A stretch of DNA of 64,000 nt, taken from the IMG/VR virus record IMGVR_UViG_3300021255_002891, positions 1-64,000 of that record; one strand, 5' to 3'. Positions 34,342 to 45,960 of the stretch are shown piece by piece. The notes under the pieces were generated by a model. It was not told the DNA's origin, did not search any database, and worked only from the letters and a program-made list of their open reading frames with translations. Made by a program: the position numbers and the translations under genes. Numbering within the stretch: the stretch's first letter is position 1; each line of letters opens with the position of its first letter. This DNA is from a virus. Taxonomy: Duplodnaviria > Caudoviricetes.

Positions 34342-37300
34342 TTACTGTAGAAGGTAACATTTGTGTTAAATAATTCATCACAATGTTATCCAAATATTTG
34401 ACTTCTGTTTGTCCAGAATTTGAATACCAATTCTTTGATTTCAAATTAAATATAATTGACAGCCTCTTGTTGTTCATAATTTGATTTGTGGATTCATCTA
34501 TAATATCTTTGTTTATTACTTCTGCTGTCACAAGTTCATCATTCCATAGTTTAAACTTTTTATCAGTTTGAATATCAATGATTGGATTTGTGCTCGTTCC
34601 ACTAGGTATTGTTAATGTAGTAGAAGGTGTTTCACTAGTAACTGCTTCCTTTGGAATCCATTTTTTTTTAGTTTCATCGAATACATGGTCTAGTTTAATG
34701 GTTTTATCACTAAAACCAACAGCATAATCTTTCAATGTATAACTAATCACAGAACCACTATATTCACTATAATCATTTATATACCTTATTTCGTCATTAT
34801 AGATTTTTTCTTGGTTTTCTCCATATATATAGATTTTACCTATCTCATTAGCATCTGTACCTACGCTACCTTTTCTAGTTTTATAATTTCCGAAATAACG
34901 TATTTTAGTATCACCAGATATTAAAAATGGAGTATAATGTTTAATTAATTCGTTTTTGTCAATTAGCCCATTAAAACCGCAACTATTTATCTCAACTAAA
35001 TAATCGCTATACTCTTCACCTGTATATTCATTTGTGTAACTAACATCATTAAAACATCTTTCATCAAATAGCCTATTATCATGAGCATGTTTGAATATTC
35101 TATTGAAATACGTGAAATATTCATGTCCTGAATCGTAAATCATTTTACCATTATGAGGGTTATTTCCCTTATAATAGTTTTCAATTGTATTAACCTTCAA
35201 ATAATCACAGTCATAGTTTTTTAACCTTTTCCAACCATATGTCCAACTCTCATTTTTCTTGTTAATCAAAGTGTCACTAAAATCAACATTCTCCAACAAG
35301 AAATAATTGGTATCATCATCTTCGCTTGTTACCATGTTAAATGAATTGGTAACATAATTACTTTCACTTGATTTGCAAACAAACTGTGGGCTTTGATTTT
35401 CAAAAATATACGCTTTCAAAACCATTCCATCTTTCATGTTAGCCACGTCACGTTCAACCTCATGGCCATTTCTATCATATACGATAATATTTTTGTCGAA
35501 ATACATTCCATAAGTGGCTCTAATAAACCCATCAGATTTAACTAACTCGATATATTTTAATGGCTCATTTTCATTAGTTTCATTATATTCATACTTGATG
35601 TCATAAACAGTATTTCCTATAACTGCAATATCTTTCTCAATTTTAGCGACATATACAATTACACCATTATATAGTTCATTTTTTGGTATTGCTAATAATT
35701 CTTTAATATTATCAACCAATCTTATATTTCTAATTGTCTCTTTAAATAATGGTCTGTTATCAATAATTGTGTTGTTTTCATCAGTATATCCACTATCTAT
35801 TCTATTAGTAAAAACAACATTATCATCTAAATCAAATTGGAAATTATAAATATTCTTATCGCTACCTATTGACTTAGAAAGCCATCCTCCATCCATCTGG
35901 AAATATGGATTACCGTCTAATTGCTCATCTTTATTGAATTGAGGGTAAAGATACCTTCTCTTAACTGGAGCATTGTTTCTACTTATTTCTTTAAATGCTT
36001 CAGTTGAAGATGATGTTGTTTGAATTGTACCTGTCCATGAATAATCCAATGCTTGAACCTTAATATAAGGAGAATAATTAGTAGCAGAACTAACAAACTT
36101 ATCACTATATTCATATTCATCCCTATAAGCTACAGGAATTCCTTGATACGTCAAATAATTTAGTCTGTCTGCTCCATTAGTATTATACTTTGACACAGTT
36201 CTGTAATCGTAAGTGATTGTCTTAGTAGAGTTTAGCCAATCAATTCTATACATTTGGTGTGACGCATCCCATTGTTCTTCAATTCTATTGGTAAAAGAAG
36301 AATATTCTACAATTTCATAGTCGTAAGCATTTTTATTGTTTTTGTACTTACAATTATTGTTCGCTTCAACCCATCTTTTACTTTTTAAACCGAACATTCC
36401 TAATATCATTTCAATACCTTCAACTGTTCCTTTATTGCGCCAGATATAAGGAGAATTAATCTTTAACCTCCTCAAAAACTCATTGTTTGCTTCTAAATAT
36501 GAATATTGCCTTTCATCAGTAAAAGATTTAACTCTATACTTTAAACGGTTATCAAGTTTACAACCGCATTCTTCTTCTTCATCTGATTCTTTGGCAGTTC
36601 CATCATAATAAGTTGAACCTGAAGCCTTTAAGAACTTGTACTGAGAACCAACATAACCGCAAGACACATCTTGTACAAAACTAGTATCACCGTCACAAGT
36701 AAGGACAAAATAGCCATCTTTAACGCTTGAAGGTAGGTTTTCTTTAGAATAAGGAATTACTTTTTCATCAGACGTTTGTGAAAATTGTCTCATGAAATAT
36801 CTACTCCCAACAGAATTCTCTAATTGTGATTTTAAGGTATAAGTCGTATTTTCACTTCTATCATTTAAAAATACTTCCTTTAAACCATAAGGTATTACAA
36901 GTTTAACATCCCAACCAGAGTCAGTTACTGTATCAGTTAGGAAATAATCTGGTAAGTTGTTTCTTTCATCATATGATATGTTATTGGAATTTGCTATATT
37001 GTCTATATATGATTTAATTTCATCAAACTCTCTAGCAAAAAGTCTCAATGTTTTCTGTATTTTTTCGCCGCCAAAAACATATTCTTGCTCATCACCTTCA
37101 TAGAACTCACGAGTAAATGTCCAGTCAAAATTCTTGATTGCCTCATGGGTCATAGACCTATATAAATTGTCGGTAAAATACTCGTCATAATATGCGCCTA
37201 TCTCAGCTAATCTTGTTGTATATGTATTAAATCCATACTCAGATATATCTAAGTTGTAACCACCTTCAGCAGTAGGAAATACGAACTCTTCCATTTCTCT

Positions 37301-38347
37301 GTAATAGCCGTAATCATTTTCTTTGATTACAGAGAAAATAGCTTTATATTTAGGAGTTGTTTTCCTGTTTAATATAATTTTTTCAAAATTATCACATTCG
37401 TTATAAAACTTAGAAATATATTTCTCTGTTGGCCTTATGTGAATAGTAGTGTTTCCACTATAAAGGTAGCATAATTCATCACCCAACCAAGCTTCTATCT
37501 CAACATTTCCATCAGTAGTACCAATAGTTATAACTGCCGCTTTCTCTCCCTTACAAGGATATGGTGTTCCACTAGTTTCACTTGTGACTTTGGTTTCGCT
37601 AGTGTCCTTTGTGGTTGCGCTATAGTTTATGTATTGTTTTGTCTTTTTATCATACTCAAAATAATAATAATCAACATCCCAACTAGTGATTTCAATAGGA
37701 TTTTCTTCATCATCATTTTCGATAATTTCATAGTTTTTATATCCTTCCTCTGCAAAGTATTTTAAAAAATCACCATCTTTAGGCATAGATATACTATGAA
37801 TGTTTATTCCATAAGGATTAAACACATACTTTAAGTTTTCATTACCCAATAAAGTCTTTTCAACATCATCGTAATATTCACCGATTTCTTTTGTTGTACC
37901 ACTAGTATAATAAGCATTTGGATTGTCTTTTGACAAATACAATTCTCCAGGAAATCTTTGTGCCAAATCTATAATAGCAGCCCTAAACATTTCAGACAAT
38001 GAACCATAATAAGCAAAATCATTAAAGTCATAATAATCTTGCTTCAATACAATTTTTACATCATTTTCATCTTCAAATGGAGAAACCATTTCATCAACAT
38101 TTTCAAGAGTCCATATAGTGCCCTCTGAGTTTTCATACCATTTTGGTTTATTGAATTGGTTTCTGATTCTTCCATCATTCCTTACAGAAATGATGAAATT
38201 GTTGCTACGATATATTGGCACTTGTCCAGGAGAGAACTGGTTAACACCACCAATCGTTGTAATGTCACGTTCCCATATTGTTCCATCTGAAACTGTCTGA
38301 TGTTTTGATTTCAAAACATAGTTTGAATGAGATTTAATTAAAGCCAT
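34256..38347 (-). CDS. large tail/baseplate-region structural protein (1363 aa)
   Basis: Long ORF in the continuous operon downstream of the gp25/gp6 homologues. Confidence 0.75.
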   Translation of the reverse strand: MALIKSHSNYVLKSKHQTVSDGTIWERDITTIGGVNQFSPGQVPIYRSNNFIISVRNDGRIRNQFNKPKWYENSEGTIWTLENVDEMVSPFEDENDVKIVLKQDYYDFNDFAYYGSLSEMFRAAIIDLAQRFPGELYLSKDNPNAYYTSGTTKEIGEYYDDVEKTLLGNENLKYVFNPYGINIHSISMPKDGDFLKYFAEEGYKNYEIIENDDEENPIEITSWDVDYYYFEYDKKTKQYINYSATTKDTSETKVTSETSGTPYPCKGEKAAVITIGTTDGNVEIEAWLGDELCYLYSGNTTIHIRPTEKYISKFYNECDNFEKIILNRKTTPKYKAIFSVIKENDYGYYREMEEFVFPTAEGGYNLDISEYGFNTYTTRLAEIGAYYDEYFTDNLYRSMTHEAIKNFDWTFTREFYEGDEQEYVFGGEKIQKTLRLFAREFDEIKSYIDNIANSNNISYDERNNLPDYFLTDTVTDSGWDVKLVIPYGLKEVFLNDRSENTTYTLKSQLENSVGSRYFMRQFSQTSDEKVIPYSKENLPSSVKDGYFVLTCDGDTSFVQDVSCGYVGSQYKFLKASGSTYYDGTAKESDEEEECGCKLDNRLKYRVKSFTDERQYSYLEANNEFLRRLKINSPYIWRNKGTVEGIEMILGMFGLKSKRWVEANNNCKYKNNKNAYDYEIVEYSSFTNRIEEQWDASHQMYRIDWLNSTKTITYDYRTVSKYNTNGADRLNYLTYQGIPVAYRDEYEYSDKFVSSATNYSPYIKVQALDYSWTGTIQTTSSSTEAFKEISRNNAPVKRRYLYPQFNKDEQLDGNPYFQMDGGWLSKSIGSDKNIYNFQFDLDDNVVFTNRIDSGYTDENNTIIDNRPLFKETIRNIRLVDNIKELLAIPKNELYNGVIVYVAKIEKDIAVIGNTVYDIKYEYNETNENEPLKYIELVKSDGFIRATYGMYFDKNIIVYDRNGHEVERDVANMKDGMVLKAYIFENQSPQFVCKSSESNYVTNSFNMVTSEDDDTNYFLLENVDFSDTLINKKNESWTYGWKRLKNYDCDYLKVNTIENYYKGNNPHNGKMIYDSGHEYFTYFNRIFKHAHDNRLFDERCFNDVSYTNEYTGEEYSDYLVEINSCGFNGLIDKNELIKHYTPFLISGDTKIRYFGNYKTRKGSVGTDANEIGKIYIYGENQEKIYNDEIRYINDYSEYSGSVISYTLKDYAVGFSDKTIKLDHVFDETKKKWIPKEAVTSETPSTTLTIPSGTSTNPIIDIQTDKKFKLWNDELVTAEVINKDIIDESTNQIMNNKRLSIIFNLKSKNWYSNSGQTEVKYLDNIVMNYLTQMLPSTVIVDIYYKDNEQSNKQEKQVEEWECVTPD

Positions 38348-38349
38348 AA

Positions 38350-39267
38350 TTATCCTATTTTATCGCTAATGGTTTGACTGAAATCAATATTGTTATTTTT
38401 GTTTTGTTTTACCTCATAAACTGGATTGCCAGTGTATTGGTCTTTAAGTGTAAAGTGTTCTGCTTGATGATATATTTCATTGTTATCATTATAAGTTGTA
38501 ACAACTCCATTATCCAAATCTCTCAACTGGCTATTTTCAAGCATATAACTAATTGTATCTACATCATGCGTGGTTAACTCAATATCTATTTGTATTGGTT
38601 CAAACCAAGTATTTACCAACAAAATCCTTTGTGTTGGTTTACCGATATAAGGCGCTGCATTATCTTTAAATGTTGGCGCAGATGAAGGAGAAACAGTAAC
38701 GAATATTAAACTAGAGCTGTCTTCATAACGGTATGTATATGATTTATCACTAGAGCTGTTAGGAGCTTGTACTACTGGTTCACATTTATTATTGCTAGTA
38801 ATTATTCTATAAAAATCTTGCCTTCTTGAACTTTCATCAAGATATATAATCCTGTATCCAACAAGTTCATTGTTAGACCTAGCTAAAACTTTAACAGTGT
38901 CATCTTTAATCTGTTCGGTATCAATCACAAGACCCCTTACATTTGGAAATGCTGTAAGGTTGCCAACATCAGTTATAACAGTTTCTATCTCTCTTGGCTT
39001 GATATAAACAGTATAAAATCCCTTTTTATTGAACTCACTAATAGGAAGCTGTAAGTTATACATTCCCTCTATTATATTATCGGCATCTGTAGTAGATATA
39101 TCTCTAACTGCTTGAGTTAATAAAGTGCTATCCAATTCCTTATATCTCATATTAGTAATGGAATCATAAGACATACTTTCGTGATAACAATAAGAAATAT
39201 CAACCAAGCTAGGTATATGTCCGTTGCTAATGTTTATTGGTATTGTCGTTCCATATGCTCCAATCAT
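38350..39267 (-). CDS. structural-operon protein (305 aa)
   Basis: Tightly spaced within the tail/baseplate operon. Confidence 0.7.
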   Translation of the reverse strand: MIGAYGTTIPINISNGHIPSLVDISYCYHESMSYDSITNMRYKELDSTLLTQAVRDISTTDADNIIEGMYNLQLPISEFNKKGFYTVYIKPREIETVITDVGNLTAFPNVRGLVIDTEQIKDDTVKVLARSNNELVGYRIIYLDESSRRQDFYRIITSNNKCEPVVQAPNSSSDKSYTYRYEDSSSLIFVTVSPSSAPTFKDNAAPYIGKPTQRILLVNTWFEPIQIDIELTTHDVDTISYMLENSQLRDLDNGVVTTYNDNNEIYHQAEHFTLKDQYTGNPVYEVKQNKNNNIDFSQTISDKIG

Positions 39268-39279
39268 ATTCGTTTGTTT

Positions 39280-42200
39280 TTATCCTTCAATTATTTTAAA
39301 ATATCCATTTCCATATTGTTCTAACGCCTCCAAAGAATATACTTCTCCTAACTTCAAATGCTTTTCAAAAGAAGCGTTTATACCTCTGTCTATATAAATA
39401 TCTGAATCTATTTTTTCAATGGTAGAAATACCCATTTTATATTCTTCCCTAAATACTGGGAAAACCTCTAAATTGTTCCTCTTCGCCATATCTTTCCAAT
39501 TGTCATATTCCCATTTACTACCATTTTTTATGTTAATAGTGGCTTCAAAATTAGCAAGAGCAACTTCATATGATGTACCGTATAATGTGGAATTAATAGC
39601 AGTTTTATCTTGCTCTAATTTGTATATGTATATTGGAAAATACACGTCATTGTTACTTGGTTTCAATTCATCAATTGGCAATACCTTTTTATTTGGTTTT
39701 CTTAGGAAATATTTTTCTTCAGTTTTAACAAACCTAACTGTTTCAGTATATTTAACACCAGTGTTATATTCTGTGTTGTCTGCTAACTGATAATGGCCAC
39801 CCTTCGTTCTAGACAAAGTAGCACCAACATAATACGTTATGTCGCATCTTATATCATCCAATAATGGATAATCTTGTTCAACATCTTCTTTTGCTTTAGT
39901 TGCTGATTTTATTGCCCCTAATGAAGAAGTAATGGAAGTATCAGCAGTATCTGGAATTGTCTTCCTAGTTGATTCAATTGGTTTACCACTGCCATCACAA
40001 TAATAGAACGACATTTCAGTTATAATATCACCAACAAAGTAGTTCGTATTTCCGCTTCCTATTTCATCTTCATCTTGAACAGTTAAACTAAATCGTCTTA
40101 TATTGGCTGTATTTCCAACTTGATATATTGGTTCAATTTGTCCATATTGAGGCGGTTGCATATATTTTTTAATTTTGTATCGCTCAGGATGTTCTGCATC
40201 ATAAGGTGTATCATAATCTGGTCTTACTTTGTATATACCCTCTAACTTTTGTCCAATATCATCAACCAATAAACTAGGATAACGCAAATCATAAAGTTTA
40301 GAAGCCGTTTTACCTGTAACTATTTTAGCATCATATACTGTTGTGGTGACTGAATCTTTATACAAAATGCACCATTTACCATTTCCATCACCACTAATAT
40401 TAGTGCTTTGTGTACAATACCAATATAAATCAGTTTTTTTAAGCGTGCTAGTATCAGCTATATTTATTCTAGTACACCCACTTTCATAACCACTTGTATT
40501 ACAATCAATTATAGGTACTGATTCGCCACTGTAGACAGTTGAACCAGTGCAGTAATAATTAGTACCTTCTTTATCTTGGAAAATTCCATCAACCCTGAAT
40601 ACCAAGTTTTGATTTACAACATTATATAATGTTGGAACTGTACCATCATTTTCAACCACATAATCTAAACCATGATATGTAATATAGTTTTTAAACTTTG
40701 TGGCTTGTTTTCCCCACCTAGGGAAAGTTTGGAAATCAGTTATGTTGAATATCTCATTATTACAATAACTTACACCTTTTTTACATTTATTACTTTCACA
40801 TTCATTGTTCTCGCAACAATTGTTCTTTACTTTAAAGAACGTAAAATAATATACTGGAGTTGTACCACTGTAATACAATGTTCCATATGTTTTTTTACCA
40901 TTTATAACAACATATGGTGTATCAGTTTCTCTTTCTCTATATACAAAATATGTGTTTCCACTTAAAAATGGGTCATTATAGTCGTAAATACCATATTCAT
41001 GCCTTTTTATTTCGTACAAATAACCATCAATATACATTGAATTTGTTGATTCTATTTCATATACTTCAGCGCACAACTTTGCTTTAACTTGAGGGGTAAT
41101 AGATGTGCCAGTCCACGTAACCTTTCTATTGTCCTCAGTGAAACAATATTGGTTAAATTCTGTAATATTAAACTCGTCTTCGTGACTATCAATATATGCT
41201 TGCGAATAGCTAGTAAAAGCTGTATCATCATATTTTTTTTCCATAAGTACTGGGTCAAAATAGAATCCAGGACCACTATTATTTTTTAACATCATAGAAT
41301 CGCCACTTACTGTTACAACAGTTCCACCATGTGTATTACCATTATCGTACTTAATGGTTGTTCTAACCTTACCGCTTACAGTCTCGACAGTTCTGTAATC
41401 AGTACCAAGTTCGTAGTCTTTAGAAAATATACTAAATTCTCCCAAATCATAAACAGAATTCTGAAGCTCAGTTGGCAAAATAATGGTAGGAATAAAAGAG
41501 TTTACTGAACCGCTAACAGTCTCGTTAATGGTTTTGATGTTTTTTTGTACATCCTTATACCATGCAACCATTGCATCATAAGTTCTTCTGCCACCTTTTC
41601 CAAAATATTTTTCACAGTCACAGCAATCATCAACTTTTTTGTTTTTACAATCCCATAATTCTACCTCATTATCGGTATTTGGCTGATAATTTCCAAAATT
41701 AACCCCTTCTTTATCATAATCAAGTCTTTCTGCGAACCACGCAAGTTCTTTTACTACATCTGGATAAAACAGCGTTGTCCTATTCCAATAATCTCTATAC
41801 TCAAAAGGTATTGTAAATCTAGGAACAATATTCTCACACATCCATTTATAAAGTCCTGCATCTACATAAGATGTTTTAAAGTTTTCTGTGGAAGAAACTA
41901 TACCACCTTTTTCAGTAAATTCAATATCTAAATCTATATATGTTTGTTCATCTGTACCGTATATCATTTGGGTGGCATAATTTGATTTAGATTCATTAAG
42001 GTAATATTCAGTGGCACTAGAATATGTCATACTACAATGTCCGTAATTATTCAACAAATTATAGTATTCCTCAAAAAAATGATACCATTTACTAAACGTA
42101 TCAAAAGACAATGTGTAACCAGACCCATCATCGCCATGTTCAAATTCGTCATATGGGTGTGGTATTAATTCCATTTCTCCATTAACTGAAATATTTCCAT

Positions 42201-42435
42201 AGGAATGAGTTCCACTTACTAAATGATACTTGTCATATGTATAGCTAGAACTTGGTTTACGGTCTAGAACAATATTAACTGGCACCAAACCCCAATTACT
42301 AGTATATTCATATTTTCTTGCCCTTAATGAGTCATCATCAAAGTAATACAATTTATTATCCAAATAAGCTGGCAACACACTAGGCAATCTAGATGTCATT
42401 GGCTCTAATGAAATTGTTTTTTGTATCTTTCTCAT
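39280..42435 (-). CDS. large structural-operon protein (1051 aa)
   Basis: Long ORF with Cys clusters, in the tail/baseplate operon. Confidence 0.75.
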   Translation of the reverse strand: MRKIQKTISLEPMTSRLPSVLPAYLDNKLYYFDDDSLRARKYEYTSNWGLVPVNIVLDRKPSSSYTYDKYHLVSGTHSYGNISVNGEMELIPHPYDEFEHGDDGSGYTLSFDTFSKWYHFFEEYYNLLNNYGHCSMTYSSATEYYLNESKSNYATQMIYGTDEQTYIDLDIEFTEKGGIVSSTENFKTSYVDAGLYKWMCENIVPRFTIPFEYRDYWNRTTLFYPDVVKELAWFAERLDYDKEGVNFGNYQPNTDNEVELWDCKNKKVDDCCDCEKYFGKGGRRTYDAMVAWYKDVQKNIKTINETVSGSVNSFIPTIILPTELQNSVYDLGEFSIFSKDYELGTDYRTVETVSGKVRTTIKYDNGNTHGGTVVTVSGDSMMLKNNSGPGFYFDPVLMEKKYDDTAFTSYSQAYIDSHEDEFNITEFNQYCFTEDNRKVTWTGTSITPQVKAKLCAEVYEIESTNSMYIDGYLYEIKRHEYGIYDYNDPFLSGNTYFVYRERETDTPYVVINGKKTYGTLYYSGTTPVYYFTFFKVKNNCCENNECESNKCKKGVSYCNNEIFNITDFQTFPRWGKQATKFKNYITYHGLDYVVENDGTVPTLYNVVNQNLVFRVDGIFQDKEGTNYYCTGSTVYSGESVPIIDCNTSGYESGCTRINIADTSTLKKTDLYWYCTQSTNISGDGNGKWCILYKDSVTTTVYDAKIVTGKTASKLYDLRYPSLLVDDIGQKLEGIYKVRPDYDTPYDAEHPERYKIKKYMQPPQYGQIEPIYQVGNTANIRRFSLTVQDEDEIGSGNTNYFVGDIITEMSFYYCDGSGKPIESTRKTIPDTADTSITSSLGAIKSATKAKEDVEQDYPLLDDIRCDITYYVGATLSRTKGGHYQLADNTEYNTGVKYTETVRFVKTEEKYFLRKPNKKVLPIDELKPSNNDVYFPIYIYKLEQDKTAINSTLYGTSYEVALANFEATINIKNGSKWEYDNWKDMAKRNNLEVFPVFREEYKMGISTIEKIDSDIYIDRGINASFEKHLKLGEVYSLEALEQYGNGYFKIIEG

Positions 42436-42441
42436 AATCTA

Positions 42442-45400
42442 TTATTTGTTAAAATAATTTATAGAAAACATATCTTCGTTGATATTAATTCTTCCTACTT
42501 TTTGTTTTCTAGGGTCAGTAGGTGGTGCGCTAGGATTTTCCTCAACTTCATCCATAATTTTCATTTCAAATAAATCAATATTCAAAATACCTTTTTTATG
42601 TAAAATATCTTTATTATTTTCTGTTAAATATCTTTCATCAATAACATAAACGTATTGTTTGTTGATAAAATCATACACAGCATAAAAAGGTATGTATAAT
42701 TGTGAATATAAACAAGACAATGGTATTCCTTTCTTTAAATCTTTTATATCATTGCTATCACTTAATGTTAATGCTGAAATTGGATTTATTTTAAGATTTT
42801 TATAATCATTTAAATCAGTTGATGTTTTACCAGAAGCCCATTTCATAGGAACTAACATTGGGATTATTTTACCAATACCAGCGTGATTATATTCTATTTT
42901 CATATAAATTGGCTTTGGATGTAAATCCTCTGAATATTCCCTGAATATATAGTGATAGAAACCTTCTGAAGAAGTGTCTGTTTGATATTTGTTTTTAATT
43001 GTAAGTCTACTGCTTATTCTATGAGACTCATCAAATGTAACTGCACTTGCACCTCTCCAACTGCCTTTATAATGATTTATCTTTGTATAATTTTCATTTT
43101 TATTTTCTCCTAAAAACTCAGTCATCAATGAAATTTTATACACAACATCTGGTTTTGATGTATCAGCACTACTAATCTGACCTTGAGTATTTGCTGTATA
43201 CTCCATTTCAGGTGCTTTAACTAATCCAAATGCATTAACATTTTTTCTAGAGTTATCAATTAATTTTTTGTATAACGAGTGTTCATCTACAAATACAGAA
43301 GAAGTATCCAATAATGATTGAGTCTGTGGGTCTATTGAATCATACAATGATAATCTAACAAAGGACTTTGCAACTTTTGATTTTTGATAGAATACATCAT
43401 CATATGTAAAATTAAGCAATCCCATCAAATCAGAAGAATCCATAAGCTGTTTTTTCCTCTCAATGATTTTTTTCATTTCCTCTTCATCTTCACTTTCAGC
43501 TTCTAGCATGTCTTTATATGGATGAAAGTCGGTAACAAACCAGTTGTCAGTATCAGCAGATAATGATTCTGCTGAATCATATCTTTCGTTAACTTTCCAA
43601 TTATCTAAGGTTCTAGTTCTAAAATGGAAATTTAAATTAATCTCATATATCGGTTTAAATTCTGTTAAAGAACCAATGTATTTTTCTTTATATTCTTTTT
43701 TATTTTCATCTGTTAAATCATTTAAAATAAAGTATTCATCTATTGCTTCATCAGAGTTGAAAATATACATTGGTGAATACACATCCTTTTCCATATCTAC
43801 AATATCATTTATCGCTTTTTCTTTTTCCACCCTATAGAATTGGTCATTAACAATATCGTCTTGTATTGTGTTATTAGCATAATTGACATTCAAGTTTAAT
43901 GGAATTAAAATGTGTCCACTTGGCACTAGTATTTTAGGATTATACTTCTCAGTATAAAACCACATCAAACTATCTTCAATGGTAGAATATGCATATCTAT
44001 ATTCCCAACCAGAGTATTCTGTAATTTCTTCATCACCGAACACCTTGTTTTTAACCATCAAACTCATAGTAGCTTGGTTAAGAACAACATCATTTACCAT
44101 CAATTTGGACATATAGGATGAAAAACTTCTAGTTAAGTTGTTTGGTATAATTGGCTCACAAATTAACATAGAGCTACCAATCCTATCATTAACATTGAAA
44201 GAAATGTTTTTCCTTTCGCCAACAGAAACCACCTTTGTATATATTGGGTCTCCACTTATTATATCCTCTTTAATTACTAGTTTATAAGGTTTTCCATTAA
44301 CTAATATACCATCGTGAGGGTTTATGTCGTAAAGAATATCAGATGCCCTCACTTCTCCATTGCCACATGTATCAACAGCAACCCTACCATATTTTCTCAA
44401 CTGCCACTTAGTTGGGTCATCAGGGTCTTGTTTTAGCCTCATTGGTATATTTTCGCCATAAAATTCTACTATTGCATCTTTACCATCTACTTTACCATTA
44501 ATGTAGTCAATAACGAATTCGTTAGCTAACCCTTTTTTTATTTTTTCTTCTAATGGTAAAGCTTCTTGTTCATTTGTTAATGCACTAACTGGCACTACAG
44601 CCCTATCACATAAATTCTCATAAACCTTACATTTTTTGCCATTATATAAGACGAATTCGTCTGTGTCTCCACTTTCTGCATCATAGTCTTGTAAGTTATA
44701 AACTACTTCCTCGTTTTCAGTTTTATATATGTCATAGAAAAACACTTCATCGTTTATATGTACTCCAGAATCATCGTTATTTATATAAACTATTATAAGA
44801 TTACCATTATTACTGTTTTGTATGTCATGAGAAACAATTTTTTCAGCTTTCTCAATTATCACATAAGAAGAAATTTTATGTAAATCTTGAATTGTGAATA
44901 TATTCAATTTTTCAGCATCTTCTTTTGTTAAAATTTTTTCACTGTCATAGTTTCTTATTGGGTATAATAATGGTTTTAATTGATTTTCCTTTCTATCAAA
45001 TGGTTCAATGATATATTTTGGTATTTCGCACACAAACATAGGTCTAGCACTCGCTTCCCAATCTTCAAAAACAAATTCTGTATCTGATATATCCGTTTCT
45101 CTTACTTTAAGATAATTGTCTTTAAATGAAACATAGTAGTAATAATTACCACAACTAACATCTTCAAAGTTACATTCTGCGTATTCTTTTGATGTAATCG
45201 TGAATTTGCAAACCTCTTCATAATTTTTAGTATCATAAGGATGAAGCACAATTTTTTCAGCCTCTGGAACAATTTCGTTGGCCTCGCCAGTATTAGGGTC
45301 TTTTTCCAATCTAAGAGGTGCTCCATTTTCAAAATATCTTAAAGTTCCATTAGAGCCTTCATTTGGGTTAAATAAATAAACATCACCATCTATATTAACT

Positions 45401-45960
45401 TGACCGTTTTCAATCCAATATATCGTGTCTATTAAAAGTTTATTTACATTAGCATCACTTTTTATTTCTGTAGGATATATGGTTTTTTCAATTGGTTTGC
45501 CAACTTGGTCAACTAAAAAGTCAGTAATCATAAAACATTCGCTAGGATTAGGATTACCTTCTGTTGGGTTTGGCTTTATCTTATAGTAATATTTGCCATT
45601 GATGAATACACATTGGTATTTCTTACCATTTTCATCTGTAGCACCATAATGTACCTCTTTACCACTAGAATCAAATATTCCAGTTTTGTATGTGGTTACG
45701 CTTCCACTTATAATTTCATATGGTTTCTTTTTAACAACAATATAGCCTTGTCTTGTTACTGTTTCACAATCTAACCTATTACCAGACTGAATACCGTAAT
45801 AGTCATTTCTAACTATTAGAGAATTAAATCTTTCAAGATGATAATCCGTTGACGTAACGCCACTGATAAATGAAAGGTCTGGAGAGATATATTTTTCTCT
45901 CCAAATCAATTCATCTTGATTTAAACCATTACCACTTACTTTAAATTTATATTTTAACAT
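42442..45960 (-). CDS. large structural-operon protein (1172 aa)
   Basis: Long ORF overlapping the upstream gene by 7 nt. Confidence 0.75.
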   Translation of the reverse strand: MLKYKFKVSGNGLNQDELIWREKYISPDLSFISGVTSTDYHLERFNSLIVRNDYYGIQSGNRLDCETVTRQGYIVVKKKPYEIISGSVTTYKTGIFDSSGKEVHYGATDENGKKYQCVFINGKYYYKIKPNPTEGNPNPSECFMITDFLVDQVGKPIEKTIYPTEIKSDANVNKLLIDTIYWIENGQVNIDGDVYLFNPNEGSNGTLRYFENGAPLRLEKDPNTGEANEIVPEAEKIVLHPYDTKNYEEVCKFTITSKEYAECNFEDVSCGNYYYYVSFKDNYLKVRETDISDTEFVFEDWEASARPMFVCEIPKYIIEPFDRKENQLKPLLYPIRNYDSEKILTKEDAEKLNIFTIQDLHKISSYVIIEKAEKIVSHDIQNSNNGNLIIVYINNDDSGVHINDEVFFYDIYKTENEEVVYNLQDYDAESGDTDEFVLYNGKKCKVYENLCDRAVVPVSALTNEQEALPLEEKIKKGLANEFVIDYINGKVDGKDAIVEFYGENIPMRLKQDPDDPTKWQLRKYGRVAVDTCGNGEVRASDILYDINPHDGILVNGKPYKLVIKEDIISGDPIYTKVVSVGERKNISFNVNDRIGSSMLICEPIIPNNLTRSFSSYMSKLMVNDVVLNQATMSLMVKNKVFGDEEITEYSGWEYRYAYSTIEDSLMWFYTEKYNPKILVPSGHILIPLNLNVNYANNTIQDDIVNDQFYRVEKEKAINDIVDMEKDVYSPMYIFNSDEAIDEYFILNDLTDENKKEYKEKYIGSLTEFKPIYEINLNFHFRTRTLDNWKVNERYDSAESLSADTDNWFVTDFHPYKDMLEAESEDEEEMKKIIERKKQLMDSSDLMGLLNFTYDDVFYQKSKVAKSFVRLSLYDSIDPQTQSLLDTSSVFVDEHSLYKKLIDNSRKNVNAFGLVKAPEMEYTANTQGQISSADTSKPDVVYKISLMTEFLGENKNENYTKINHYKGSWRGASAVTFDESHRISSRLTIKNKYQTDTSSEGFYHYIFREYSEDLHPKPIYMKIEYNHAGIGKIIPMLVPMKWASGKTSTDLNDYKNLKINPISALTLSDSNDIKDLKKGIPLSCLYSQLYIPFYAVYDFINKQYVYVIDERYLTENNKDILHKKGILNIDLFEMKIMDEVEENPSAPPTDPRKQKVGRININEDMFSINYFNK

